The notes under the pieces were generated by a model. The model saw only the letters and a program-made list of their open reading frames with translations, was not told the DNA's origin and made no database searches. From contig JAEWSV010000338.1 in NCBI GenBank assembly GCA_023398155.1, positions 1 to 39,189 of the forward strand: a DNA stretch of 39,189 nucleotides, written 5' to 3'. This stretch comes from Spirochaetota bacterium. GTDB lineage: Bacteria; Spirochaetota; Spirochaetia; Treponematales; Breznakiellaceae. Positions 6,266-16,194 of this stretch are shown here, piece after piece (the stretch's first letter is position 1; each line of letters starts with the position of its first letter). The position numbers were made by a program, and so were the translations under genes.

Positions 6266-8577
6266 ACGGGGTCTCCTTTCCTTTCAACGACGCCTGGTCG
6301 ATCTTTCACGGTTCCGCCGCCCACGACGCGGCTATCCCGATTGTGCTTCCGGACTTCCAGGATCTTGTACGCCTGGGACAGGCCCGCGCCGAACTCCAGG
6401 CTGTGCTCGTCGATGATGCCGTGGACCCATCCGTAGCCGCGCATGGACTCGACGGCAACGTGATCCCCGACGTCCATACGGGGATCAGCCCACGGCGTAA
6501 TCGATTGCCGGGCGCGGAATGACCGATAGAAGGCCGCGGACGATCGGGCTATCTCGGTCGCCAGAGATACGGAGGGGATCCCGGATAGGGTGAGGTCCTT
6601 GACGATTTCTCCCCTCTCGCGGATGCCTTCTTCGTCCCGGAAGCGCAGTGTCTTTGCCGCGCCCGATTCCACGAGCCGGCGGCCATAGATCGACACTCCG
6701 AACGTCTGCTCCGTCGCGAAGTAGTTCCAGACCTTGACGAGGCACCCGTAGCTGTTCGGTTCGATGGTGTACTCGAACTGGCCCGGCTTCTGCCGGTTTC
6801 CCGGAACGATGGACGTGATCGCAATCTTGTCGGACAGCTCTACGACGAACTCGTAAGGGACGTTGGGGCTGTTCCGAACCGAGATGTCATCGCTCTCAAT
6901 CTGGGCTCCGTACTCCGCCGGCCGGGCGGGGATGATCTGCTCGTCGTCCAGCAGCTTGATGATCTTGGCGTTGTCCAAGACCATCACGGCGACCGTGAGC
7001 TGCTCATCCAGTGAGGTATTCCCAAAATTCCAGACCTTGACCGTGATGGTTCCGTCGCCGTTGTCCTCGGCCTCGTATTCGAGGCTCTCCCACGCGAAGG
7101 CGTCGGAGAACTCGACGCGGAGGTAGCTGTCCGGCTTGGCGATGGTGAATTCCCATCCTGGCGGGAGGCCGGCGCCGGGCTCCCGGTCGTAGGTGGGAAC
7201 GACGGTTTGTTCTGGGGGGTACTCCTGAACGGGGATCTCGATGTACCGCCGCGTGAACGTCTCCTCCGCGGACTCGCCCTCGTCGAAGGACAGCGTGGTG
7301 TACTGCACCGTGACCACCGTCGGGATCTTGTCCTGGGATTCCGAGGCAAGCTTGCTGTACTCGTCCGCGGAGAACCACCGTCGCGGGTACCTCGACCTAC
7401 CGCGCATCGACTCGGCCCGCTGCACGACCAGTTGATGGCCATCGGTGGACACGTAGCAAAGGGCTCCGGTGATGATGCAGAGGCTGTTGAGCGCAGATCC
7501 GACGGTGCCGGAATAGGAAAAGAGCGGGAGGACGACGGCCCGCAGCCGCTCGTCGATCGATTTGATCCCGAGCCCGATCCGCGTCGCCAGGTAGCGGAAC
7601 GCGTCGACCGCGGAGACCGATTCGGCGATGGCCGCGTCGATCGGCCGGTCCTTCCGGAACGCTATGAGGTCCGACGCCTTGATCTTCACGTCCGCGTCAT
7701 CCTCTGAAGACTCGATGCTTTGAGTGTAGAACGTGGACGAGAAGACATCCTCGTCGGCCAAGGACAAGCGGACCTCCACGGGAATACCCGGCTGGAGGGA
7801 CCCGTACAGTTCGGAGTCGGAATTGTAGAAGTCGAACTCCCGCGCGGCGTTGAATAGCGTGAGGCTCAAAGAGCGGATGATCACGCGGCCGATGGTCGCT
7901 TCCTTATTCTCCGCCCGCTTCGTCTCGATCTTCCAGTTGACCAGGTCGTCGGCCGTGAAGGATCGAACGAGGGAGGGCGAAAACAGGAGGATCCACGGCC
8001 GCAGGGATGGCGTCCCCCGGTGTATTTCCAGCTCGATGTACGAGGCCTTCCGGGCCGTCTCCGTAGCGGTGAACGCCTCGACTATCTCAGCGGTCAAATT
8101 CCCTACGATTTCCCGAAGAGCGAGGACCGACCGGTCCGCGGCGTAGATCCTCAGCGTAGCGTCGATGATGATCCTGGACGGGTCGGTCACGATCTTGAAG
8201 GTCCGTATCGTCCGCGGAGAAAAGCGGATCCCGACCAGATCGTTGAGCGAACCGTCGGCCCCGGCCAGAGCGCCGATGTACCCGACATGGGACTTCTGAA
8301 AACTCCGCCGCGGTTGATACCCGGACGACGCGTGGATGTTCTGTACGGACGGGAATAGCCGCTCCGGGAGTGATCTCCCGAGAAAGAAGCGGTCGCGATG
8401 GTAGAAGGTGAATCCGTCGGTGATTTGATCGGGGATGCATCCATCGATCGCGTTCGGGGCCAGCACCGCAAGCGAGGGGTCGAACCTGAGACTCGCGAAG
8501 TCGACGGTCACCGCCGTAGCGAACTGCCGACCGTCTCCGCGTATGGCTGCGTCGAGCGCCTCGGAGGTGCGAATCAC
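6262..8577 (-). CDS. Large tail-tip / baseplate-like structural protein (771 aa)
   Basis: Lies between the tape-measure-distal genes and the fibre. GTGA overlap upstream and ATGA overlap with the fibre start. No motif recognised. Confidence 0.5.
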   Translation of the reverse strand: MIRTSEALDAAIRGDGRQFATAVTVDFASLRFDPSLAVLAPNAIDGCIPDQITDGFTFYHRDRFFLGRSLPERLFPSVQNIHASSGYQPRRSFQKSHVGYIGALAGADGSLNDLVGIRFSPRTIRTFKIVTDPSRIIIDATLRIYAADRSVLALREIVGNLTAEIVEAFTATETARKASYIELEIHRGTPSLRPWILLFSPSLVRSFTADDLVNWKIETKRAENKEATIGRVIIRSLSLTLFNAAREFDFYNSDSELYGSLQPGIPVEVRLSLADEDVFSSTFYTQSIESSEDDADVKIKASDLIAFRKDRPIDAAIAESVSAVDAFRYLATRIGLGIKSIDERLRAVVLPLFSYSGTVGSALNSLCIITGALCYVSTDGHQLVVQRAESMRGRSRYPRRWFSADEYSKLASESQDKIPTVVTVQYTTLSFDEGESAEETFTRRYIEIPVQEYPPEQTVVPTYDREPGAGLPPGWEFTIAKPDSYLRVEFSDAFAWESLEYEAEDNGDGTITVKVWNFGNTSLDEQLTVAVMVLDNAKIIKLLDDEQIIPARPAEYGAQIESDDISVRNSPNVPYEFVVELSDKIAITSIVPGNRQKPGQFEYTIEPNSYGCLVKVWNYFATEQTFGVSIYGRRLVESGAAKTLRFRDEEGIRERGEIVKDLTLSGIPSVSLATEIARSSAAFYRSFRARQSITPWADPRMDVGDHVAVESMRGYGWVHGIIDEHSLEFGAGLSQAYKILEVRKHNRDSRVVGGGTVKDRPGVVERKGDPV

Positions 8578-9137
8578 GGGAGCGGGACCCTCTCGTAGAT
8601 TTCGATGGCGTAGTTCTCTACACGAAGCTCGTCACCGACCGTGAGCGCGACACTCGTCTGCCGCGGGCCGTTTACGGAAATGGAGGCGTCCGTGTTCGGC
8701 GCCTTTCTGGTCTCGCCTTTTCCGTATGAAACGTTGCCGGAACCGGCGCGGCTATTGTGCGCGACGTTGTGGCCGTGGTCCACGAGCATCCAGCCCTGAG
8801 GCCCGCCCTCAAAAGCGACGGTGCGGTCCCCTACGACGCGGAAGTACTTATTCGCGTAGAACGAGGAGATATGCCGCCAGGCGGTACCCGGCCACTTATC
8901 TTGCGGCAGAGGATCCGTTTGGACGACCTCCGAGCCGAGCGTGACGCCGGGGAGGCGCACGTACTTGCCGCCGATGGGCGGGCATCCCCAGTTGTCCTTG
9001 AGCTCCGCGAGGGCCTCGCCGATGAGCTTCACGCTCTTCACGAGGTTGTTGAAGTTGTCGTCGGTGACGGCGGCGTCTTCCAGGAGTTCGGCCGGAACGA
9101 CCGTGGCGAGCTGGTCGAGAATATCGGGCAACGTCAT
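8574..9137 (-). CDS. Tail-associated protein (187 aa), function unknown
   Basis: Coding-like ORF in the tail-tip block, coupled to the downstream gene by GTGA. Confidence 0.45.
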   Translation of the reverse strand: MTLPDILDQLATVVPAELLEDAAVTDDNFNNLVKSVKLIGEALAELKDNWGCPPIGGKYVRLPGVTLGSEVVQTDPLPQDKWPGTAWRHISSFYANKYFRVVGDRTVAFEGGPQGWMLVDHGHNVAHNSRAGSGNVSYGKGETRKAPNTDASISVNGPRQTSVALTVGDELRVENYAIEIYERVPLP

Positions 9138-9140
9138 TCG

Positions 9141-9545
9141 CTACTCCAATTCGAGAGTCACGGACTCGTAGATGAATAAGCCCAACGATCGGTTGCGGGG
9201 CTTATATTTGACCGGGTTCACCAGGTCTATGGCATGGCCGACATGGCCGGATGTTTCCTTGTGGAGGTAGATGACGATCGACTCCGCCGTCGCGGCGGCG
9301 TCGTATATGGAGAGTAGATCGTCGAGCGCGTCCTGCATGGCGACGGCCCACGTGAGCTTGAACTTAGTGGAAAGCCGGATCAAATCCTTCCGCTTCCGCC
9401 CGGACGCCATGGTCTTGACGTTGGCGGTTTCCACGGGAGTCGGCTCCACGGAATATCCGAATGGGATAAGGAAGGCCGTCCCGTCGATGGAAAGAAAATC
9501 CCGGTGCAGCCCGGAGGCGATGAACTCAGCCGTCGTCACCGTCAT
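9141..9545 (-). CDS. Minor/distal tail protein (134 aa)
   Basis: Immediately downstream of the tape measure with an ATGA overlap at 9542-9545. Confidence 0.45.
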   Translation of the reverse strand: MTVTTAEFIASGLHRDFLSIDGTAFLIPFGYSVEPTPVETANVKTMASGRKRKDLIRLSTKFKLTWAVAMQDALDDLLSIYDAAATAESIVIYLHKETSGHVGHAIDLVNPVKYKPRNRSLGLFIYESVTLELE

Positions 9546-12500
9546 TCCCCCATGTAGTAATTCCGCTTCGCTTCCTCGACGATCGAAAGAAGCTCCCGAT
9601 CGGCATCGCGGATCGCGCCCATGACGTCATCCCGCGTCAGGCCATCAGTATCCTGGAAGTTGAGCTGGAAAACTGGAGCGTAGCTAAAGCCTCCCCCCGC
9701 GCCTTTCCGGTCGATGCCGGCCGCGCGGAACATCGCGTCGATGTTCTCCGTGGTAATCGGCAAGTACAGCTCGGGGATGCCGGCCTCGGCGGTGATGGCC
9801 GGCGCCCCGGAAGACATCGTGATGTTAGTACCGCCGGCCTGCGGCATGAAGATGCCGCCCGCGGCGAGCTTCTTCGGGGGAGCGGGAAGCGGCTGCGGCG
9901 TATACTCGGCAGGCTCCGGTGCCCCCGCGGCGACACCGGCCTGGGCGCCGGCGAGGACGGCGGCGACCGTGAAGGCGGCAGCGGCCGGCGGGTTCCACCA
10001 GTTGGCCGCGGCCTTCGCGACGTTCTCGGCCGCCTGCAGGGTGAGGTTCAATACGGTAGACGCCTTTTCCCACTTCGCCTTTTCGATCGCGGCGGCAGCG
10101 GCCGCGGTCCCGGCGGCGTTCTCCGTTTCAATCTGCGAAACGGTGAATTCGTATTCGATCCGGTTGCGCTCGTTGAGGAGGTCGTTCTCGGCCTTGAGCT
10201 GCTCGGCCGCACGCTTCTTGTCCTCCTGGTCCTTCTTCTTGGCTTCCTGGGCCTCGCGCTTTTTCTTCCGCTCATCCTCGAGCTGCTTCTCCAGTTCGCG
10301 GAGTCTCCGGATGTTCGTCTCTTCGGAAATGGAGGTCTCGAGATCCGCGATGGTTCGCGCGTACTCTTCCTGCTGGGTCTGGTACTGCCGCTCTTCGTAG
10401 GCCTCCTGAGCGGCCTCGTTCTCCTCGCGGTGCGCCTCGCGCATCTCGTTCAATTGGTCATCGAGGGCCGATAGAGCGGCGTTCTTTTCCTGTTCTATTT
10501 CCGCAAGGCGCTCCGCGTATTCTTGCGCGTCACGTTCGGCCTGGTTGCCGATGAGCCCCGTGGCGATGTTCGCGACGGACGAGAACACCTCGGTGATCTT
10601 CCCGCCGATGACGTCGATCTTGGCGGCTATCTTATCGAAGAGTGAAGACGTGCTCTTCTCGATCTGCTTCTTCACGTCCACAGTCGCCGCTCCGAGTTCA
10701 AGGATCTCGCCCCGGAGGGCGGCGGCCCGCTGCGCGTCGGCGGCGGATCCGGAGGCCATGAGCGTGTTGTATTCGCCCATGAGGGAGCGCTGTTTTTCGA
10801 TGAGGGCGTTGCGTTTCTCCTGGAGGGCGTTACGCTCGATCTCCTTGTCCGTCTTCCCGAGGAGGCCGGTCTCCTTCTTGAGCGCGATTTCGCGGTCGAT
10901 GGCGGCTTCCGTTTTCTCGGCCGTACCGCCTATTCTTTCAAGGTCAACGGCGAGGAGACGGCGGGAGCTTTCCTCCTGCACGGCCATGGCTTCGGCACGG
11001 CGGGCGTCGGATTTCGCGAGGCCCTCCGTGATGGCCGAGAGGCGGGAGCGGATGGCGACGGCCGACGTCTCGGATAGGTTGGTATCGGCGAGGCGCAAGT
11101 TCAGCGCGGTCTGCTCGGCGGAGAGGCCCTTCGCGTTGTTGAGCTCCGCGTCCGCGGCGCTCTTGGCCGCCTCCTGGATATTGCGGAGCGCCTGCTCCAC
11201 GGTGAGGCCGGAGGCGGAGAGGAAGGTGATCGAGGCGTCGAGCTCGAGGCCGACGGACTCGGCGGAGAGCTCCTTGAGGCGGGCGCGGGTCGTGGCGAGT
11301 TCGGCGGCGATCTTGCCGTAGCCCCCCGTAATGCTGGAATCGAGGGAAGCGGCCATCGCCTTGGACACATCCGCCCCTCCCTTGCGGGCGGCCACGTCCT
11401 CCTGGACGAAGGTATGGAGGAGCGCCAGGCGCTTCCCCTGCGCCTCCTTCTCGATCGCGTACAGATCCTCGCCGTTCTTGGCCGCGAGCGATCGACGGAC
11501 GGCATACTCGTCATCCAGATCCTGGAGGCGCTCTGCCCTCGTCTTGTTAGAGCTCTTGGCAGGATCGGGATCGCCGGCGGGCGCACCCCCGTCCCGTGGA
11601 GGAGGAGGGGCCCCACCTGGAGAACCAGACCCGGCATCAAGAAGCTTTTCTCTCGCTTCCATCACAACAATGAGCTGCCTCGCGAGATCGCCGGCTTTAT
11701 CCCTTGCTCGCCCTAGATCTATTTCGATGGTCCTGGCAATCCCTTGGGATTCTCTTGGGTCATTCGACTTTCGAGCCTTTGCAAGCCGCTCTTCCAGAAG
11801 CTCAATTTTCTGAGTCGTCTCGAAATGCTTTTTTGCCAACTCAACTTGCTGCTTGTCCAGCGCCGCGAGCTGCTCCTTCGCGCGGGCCTCCGCGGTCTTC
11901 TCCAGGAGATCGTTGAGCGTCCCCTGGGCGGCAGCCTGGGCAAGGATCTCCGCGGTGAGCTCCGGATACAGCCGCTTGAGGTCGCCGACGAGTTCGGCCA
12001 TGCGCTCCATGTCGGTCGCGGTTTTGCCGGTTTTGGCGTTGAGCGAAGCGTACTCCTGGGCGAGGGGAGCCGCCTGCGCCTTGAGGCCGATGACCGCGTC
12101 CGTATTGTCGATGACGGCCTGCTTTGCCCGCTCCGCTGCCTTGGCGAATTCCGTGACGGTCGCGACGGCGACGGTGATGCCGACGATGGCGGCCCCCAGG
12201 GGATTCGCCGCAGCCGCCCCGGACAGCGCGATCATGGCCGCCCGGGCGGCGATGAGGCCTTTGGTGAACCCGGCGACGGCCGCCGTCGTGGCGAGCGCTA
12301 CGACCACGACCTTGCCGATGGAGACGATATTGGCGAGCGTCTCGCGATCCAGGTTCGCCAGGGCTTCGGATATGGAGACGAGTGGGCCGAGAAGGTCCTG
12401 GGCCGACACGAGCACTTCATCGCCGAGGCGCTGCGCGAAGACGACCGCGTTCAACCTCGCCTGCGTGAGGCCATCCCCGAACTTGTTGACGCCATCGGTA

Positions 12501-13489
12501 GATGCGGAAAAGGCGGTATCGAGGGCCCCGGCTGCCGTACCCATATCGCCGAGATCCTTCGTGAACTTCTCCGCGCCCTGCCCTGTCAGGTAGAGGGCTA
12601 TCTGTCCGCCTTCGATTGAACCGAAGAGATTCGTGACGGAGACCCCGGTCTCGTCCGCGTAGCCCTTGAGCGCCTGCAGGGCGCCCTGGAAGCCGCCGAA
12701 CTTCTGGATGAGCTCGGTTCCGCTCGTTACGCCGAGCGCCTTGAACGCGGCGTTCAGGGTATCGGTTCCGCGCAGGAGCTCCGCTTGAGCGGCCGCCGTC
12801 TTGGTCGCGACTTCGGCAGCACCCCCGATGACGCCCGTTCCGGCGGAGAAGACGGCGAAGAGCTCGGCCTGAGAAACGCCGAGGGTGGCCGAAAGCGAGG
12901 TGACGCGCTGGATGGAGGTGGCGAGCTCGGGGAAGGTGGTCTGGCCATTCCGGACCGTGATGAACGCGAGATCGGCGACCTGGCGCTGGGCGACGGCCGA
13001 CGTATCTCCGTACGCCTTGGTCACCGCGGACAGAAGGTTGATCGAGTCCGTCGTGGTGGCCGCGCCGGCGGCGGCAGCTTTCGCGGAGATCTCGAGCTTC
13101 TCTATCGTGTCCGGAGCATCGCCGTAGGCGGAGATGACCTGGTAGGCGCCGGATACCAGGTCATCGGTCGTCTTCCGCACTTCGGGAGACAGGTCCTGGA
13201 TGGCGGCCTTGAGTTCCTGGATTCGCGCGGTCTGGCCGGGGATGAGCGTCTCGACCTGGGAAAGGGCGGCGTTGTAGTCGGCCGCCATCTTACCGACCGC
13301 GATACCGACAGCGACGATCGCGGTGGTTGCGATCGCGGACTGCTTGGCGATGTCGCCGAGGATCCGGTTCGCCGCTTCCGTCTTCTCGTTGAAGTCGTCC
13401 AGGGCCTTGTCGGCGTCCTGGAAGCCGGCCGCGAGTCCGGTTGCGTCTCCGATGATCTTGTAGATGACTTCGCGGGCGGTTATAGCCAT
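9542..13489 (-). CDS. Tail tape measure protein (1315 aa)
   Basis: Very long Ala/Glu/Lys-rich protein with predicted coiled-coil character and hydrophobic segments. Lies directly after the tail chaperone pair. Confidence 0.85.
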   Translation of the reverse strand: MAITAREVIYKIIGDATGLAAGFQDADKALDDFNEKTEAANRILGDIAKQSAIATTAIVAVGIAVGKMAADYNAALSQVETLIPGQTARIQELKAAIQDLSPEVRKTTDDLVSGAYQVISAYGDAPDTIEKLEISAKAAAAGAATTTDSINLLSAVTKAYGDTSAVAQRQVADLAFITVRNGQTTFPELATSIQRVTSLSATLGVSQAELFAVFSAGTGVIGGAAEVATKTAAAQAELLRGTDTLNAAFKALGVTSGTELIQKFGGFQGALQALKGYADETGVSVTNLFGSIEGGQIALYLTGQGAEKFTKDLGDMGTAAGALDTAFSASTDGVNKFGDGLTQARLNAVVFAQRLGDEVLVSAQDLLGPLVSISEALANLDRETLANIVSIGKVVVVALATTAAVAGFTKGLIAARAAMIALSGAAAANPLGAAIVGITVAVATVTEFAKAAERAKQAVIDNTDAVIGLKAQAAPLAQEYASLNAKTGKTATDMERMAELVGDLKRLYPELTAEILAQAAAQGTLNDLLEKTAEARAKEQLAALDKQQVELAKKHFETTQKIELLEERLAKARKSNDPRESQGIARTIEIDLGRARDKAGDLARQLIVVMEAREKLLDAGSGSPGGAPPPPRDGGAPAGDPDPAKSSNKTRAERLQDLDDEYAVRRSLAAKNGEDLYAIEKEAQGKRLALLHTFVQEDVAARKGGADVSKAMAASLDSSITGGYGKIAAELATTRARLKELSAESVGLELDASITFLSASGLTVEQALRNIQEAAKSAADAELNNAKGLSAEQTALNLRLADTNLSETSAVAIRSRLSAITEGLAKSDARRAEAMAVQEESSRRLLAVDLERIGGTAEKTEAAIDREIALKKETGLLGKTDKEIERNALQEKRNALIEKQRSLMGEYNTLMASGSAADAQRAAALRGEILELGAATVDVKKQIEKSTSSLFDKIAAKIDVIGGKITEVFSSVANIATGLIGNQAERDAQEYAERLAEIEQEKNAALSALDDQLNEMREAHREENEAAQEAYEERQYQTQQEEYARTIADLETSISEETNIRRLRELEKQLEDERKKKREAQEAKKKDQEDKKRAAEQLKAENDLLNERNRIEYEFTVSQIETENAAGTAAAAAAIEKAKWEKASTVLNLTLQAAENVAKAAANWWNPPAAAAFTVAAVLAGAQAGVAAGAPEPAEYTPQPLPAPPKKLAAGGIFMPQAGGTNITMSSGAPAITAEAGIPELYLPITTENIDAMFRAAGIDRKGAGGGFSYAPVFQLNFQDTDGLTRDDVMGAIRDADRELLSIVEEAKRNYYMGE

Positions 13490-13716
13490 TACAGGTACAC
13501 CTCGTATAGTTCTCGCTCTTTCCCGGAGGAGAGCGGATCCCGCTCATCGGCGGAGGCTTTACCGAATCCGCGGCGCAGCAGGTCGAACGCCACCCCGTTG
13601 CGGAGCTTCCGGTTGATCGTCTCGATCGCCCAATGACGCAGAACGTGATCCTCCGTCACTCCATACAGGACGGAGAGGCGATCTAGCGTTTCGGCCCAGT
13701 CATGTTTTTTTTTGAG
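13489..13716 (-). CDS. -1 frame extension of the tail assembly chaperone (G-T-like fusion product)
   Basis: The -1 frame is open from the A9 run to a TAA at 13491-13489: LKKKHDWAETLDRLSVLYGVTEDHVLRHWAIETINRKLRNGVAFDLLRRGFGKASADERDPLSSGKERELYEVYL. That stop overlaps the tape measure ATG as TAATG. Confidence 0.6.
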   Translation of the reverse strand, partial: LKKKHDWAETLDRLSVLYGVTEDHVLRHWAIETINRKLRNGVAFDLLRRGFGKASADERDPLSSGKERELYEVYL

Positions 13717-14111
13717 GCGTCGCCGTCTACTTCGCCGGATCGTGAGCGCGCGGAATTCTCGATTATCGAACGGACGATTTCCGAGAAGAAGATGTCCACC
13801 ATGTCCTTGTTCGCCTCCATGGCGATCGTCTCGCGCGTGACCTCCGGATAGAAGAACGAGCAGAATCCGGCCACGAAGGTTATGGTGTCGTCCGTGATCT
13901 CACGGTTCCGTTCTCTCGCGTAGCGGTCCAGGTCCTCTTTCGATTCCGAACCGGCCGCCGCGGCCTGCTTCGCCCTGAGCGCGTTGAACGCTTCCATGAC
14001 CGGGATGGCCGCCCCGGAGGGGATGTAGCCGAGCTCGTACTCTTTCCCCAGGAACCGGACCTTCCGGGAGGGTGCGCGAAGGGCGTCGAGGTTGAGGATC
14101 TCCGTCTGCAT
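13683..14111 (-). CDS. Tail assembly chaperone (142 aa)
   Basis: Lies between the major tail protein and the tape measure. An A9 slippery run sits 7 codons before its stop. Confidence 0.65.
   Translation of the reverse strand: MQTEILNLDALRAPSRKVRFLGKEYELGYIPSGAAIPVMEAFNALRAKQAAAAGSESKEDLDRYARERNREITDDTITFVAGFCSFFYPEVTRETIAMEANKDMVDIFFSEIVRSIIENSARSRSGEVDGDASKKNMTGPKR
13704..13713 (-). promoter_or_regulatory. Programmed -1 ribosomal frameshift slippery site (A AAA AAA AAC)
   Basis: Nine consecutive T on the plus strand (13705-13713). The zero frame reads TCA AAA AAA AAC. Confidence 0.6.
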
Positions 14112-14127
14112 CGATGGTCTCCTTGGA

Positions 14128-14162
14128 GCCGGGGCGGCCGGTAGTGATCCGGCCGCCCCGGC
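14128..14162 (-). other. Perfect 14-bp GC-rich stem-loop between the major tail and chaperone genes
   Basis: GCCGGGGCGGCCGG tagtgat CCGGCCGCCCCGGC with no U-run. Likely an mRNA stabiliser or attenuator that sets the tube:chaperone ratio. Confidence 0.55.
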
Positions 14163-14183
14163 GGATTCTCAGCTTCGCGCCGA

Positions 14184-15056
14184 TCAGACTTCCTGCTTCT
14201 CGCGCATGAGGCTCTTGGGCTCCATGTCCGCGAGGATGGCCATGTCCGGGTGCGGGGTGAACTCGAACGAGAAGGGGATTTCGGCCACGGTGTCCGCGTC
14301 GTTCTTGCTCTTCAGCGTGATCACGTCCTCGCTCGTGCAGAAGCCGTACGGAAGCTCCCAGGTCCTGGAGATGATGCGCCCGTCGTCGGCCTTCCGCTTG
14401 TTGGTGAGCCGCATCGCGAGATTCTTGGAGACGCCGGCCGAACCGTGATAGAGGGTGTAGGACTTAGCGGGGGTCACGTCGTAGGTGATCCGGACGTCCT
14501 TGGCCGCGTCGTAGTTTCCCGTGTCGGCCGGGGAGATGATCACGACGAAGAAGGCTCCCGCGTAGGGCACGACCGCGAAGTCGAGCCCCTCCACGAGGTT
14601 GACCAGGCCGGCGCCCTCCGACTGCTTCACCACGAGGTTCGCGGGCTCCGCGCCGTCGTGGTTGAACTTGGAGAGCGGGATCGGGACGTTCTTCTGGACG
14701 GTGCCCACCGGGTGGGTGTCCGTGACCGTCGCAAGGACGCCCGGTTCCGATTCCACGGTCACGATACCCGCCATGACCTTAGCGATGACCGGGAGGTGGC
14801 GCTCGAGGAGACTGAACTCCACGGTCACCTTCTTGTCGGTCTGGCCGCGCAGGGGAACGATGCCGTTGTCCGCCTTGACCTCGCTCTTCGTGGAGGAGGG
14901 CGTGATCTTGACGCCGCGGGCCAGGCCGAGGTCCAGGAGATCGGACAGGGTGTAGTTCTTCGCGACCGTGTCGATGGCGACGGGCGTCTGGGTGATCTCG
15001 ATCTTCGCCGAGCCGAGGGTCATCGCGTTGGGATTCTGCGACTTGGTCAAATCCAT
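14184..15056 (-). CDS. Major tail (tube) protein, siphovirus type (290 aa)
   Basis: Lies upstream of the chaperone/tape measure genes. No sheath gene is present. Confidence 0.55.
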   Translation of the reverse strand: MDLTKSQNPNAMTLGSAKIEITQTPVAIDTVAKNYTLSDLLDLGLARGVKITPSSTKSEVKADNGIVPLRGQTDKKVTVEFSLLERHLPVIAKVMAGIVTVESEPGVLATVTDTHPVGTVQKNVPIPLSKFNHDGAEPANLVVKQSEGAGLVNLVEGLDFAVVPYAGAFFVVIISPADTGNYDAAKDVRITYDVTPAKSYTLYHGSAGVSKNLAMRLTNKRKADDGRIISRTWELPYGFCTSEDVITLKSKNDADTVAEIPFSFEFTPHPDMAILADMEPKSLMREKQEV

Positions 15057-15073
15057 GATCTTGCTCCTTCGGA

Positions 15074-15529
15074 CTACGCGTCCGTGGTGACGGCCAGGGC
15101 CGCCGCCTCGTAATCAAATTCGATCTCGACGAGCCAATGCTCGTCGTAGCTGTACGACCTCTCGTCGGCGAGATCCGTGAAGAGCTCGTCATCCTCTCGG
15201 ATCGCCTGATGGTACGCGACGGCCCACGCGCCGGGAGCGACTGCGATACCGCCCTGTTCCTCGTCGAACCAGAGGGCGAGCTTCAGGGAAACATCCAGCG
15301 CGTCGGATACGCCCCGATCCGACGGCGGAATCTCCCCGCTCGCCGAAGCCCGGAGGCGGAGCCGCGTCCGGCCGTTGCCGACTACCACGGGATGCGGTAT
15401 CGGGACCAGGCGGACATGGAAGCGCTCGGGCTGCAGCGTGGACGGTTCCAGGATCACCTGCACTCCGCAGTCTTGCGCGAGCTTGGCCTTGTAGGCGTTC
15501 AAGACGGCGATCCAATTGCGGTAGCTCAT
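15074..15529 (-). CDS. Tail completion / neck protein (151 aa)
   Basis: Real start is the ATG at 15529, in ATGA overlap with the upstream gene. The 434-aa track ORF is an artefactual 5' extension. Confidence 0.45.
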   Translation of the reverse strand: MSYRNWIAVLNAYKAKLAQDCGVQVILEPSTLQPERFHVRLVPIPHPVVVGNGRTRLRLRASASGEIPPSDRGVSDALDVSLKLALWFDEEQGGIAVAPGAWAVAYHQAIREDDELFTDLADERSYSYDEHWLVEIEFDYEAAALAVTTDA

Positions 15530-16194
15530 GAGTAGTAATCCCCCACGATCTCGTCGACGATTCGCAGCTCTTCCTCGTCGAGATAGAGGAAGCGCCGGAC
15601 CGGCACCTTCACCTTCTTGCTCAGGATGAACACCACGAAGGCGTCGAAGCGCCTGGCGGTGGATTTTTTCCCGGACGCGAGTTTCCGGCTTCCCTTGAGG
15701 GACGCCATGATCACGTTGGATCGAACGGTGTTCGACCCCCTCTTGAACGGCCGATAAACGGAGTAGCCGTCCGCCCGGAGGCCGTCGAGAACCTCCTTGG
15801 GCGACCAGCCGTAACGCCGCATCAGGGTCCGCGTCCGCCAGGACGCGGGGATCGTGAGCCACTTCGCGTTCTTCGGCGTCACCTCGTATTCGGTGCTGTC
15901 GTCGTCCGGGTGGTTCATAACCGCGGCGATATGGTTGCTCGACACGATCGCTTCGGTATCGGTGGACCGCTCGTGGATCGAGGCCATGAGGCGGCCGTCG
16001 TCCCGGAGCGTCTTGTCGCCGCGCTTCACCGCCTTGGTGAGGGGCGCGTTCGGCGGAGCGACGCCGCGGTCGATCTTGCGCAGGATCATCGAATGGCCCG
16101 CCGCGGCGATCTTGCGCATGAGCGGACGGGAATCGTAGACGCGCGACATGAGCGACGCGTTCCGCTTGGAGTACTCCTCCAGCCGATAGTTCAC
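15526..16194 (-). CDS. Virion morphogenesis protein (Mu G-like family), 222 aa
   Basis: N-terminal region ...RPLMRKIAAAGHSMILRKIDRGVAPPNAPLTKAVKRGDKTLRDDGRLMASI resembles phage virion morphogenesis proteins. GTG start overlaps the upstream stop. Confidence 0.5.
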   Translation of the reverse strand: MNYRLEEYSKRNASLMSRVYDSRPLMRKIAAAGHSMILRKIDRGVAPPNAPLTKAVKRGDKTLRDDGRLMASIHERSTDTEAIVSSNHIAAVMNHPDDDSTEYEVTPKNAKWLTIPASWRTRTLMRRYGWSPKEVLDGLRADGYSVYRPFKRGSNTVRSNVIMASLKGSRKLASGKKSTARRFDAFVVFILSKKVKVPVRRFLYLDEEELRIVDEIVGDYYS

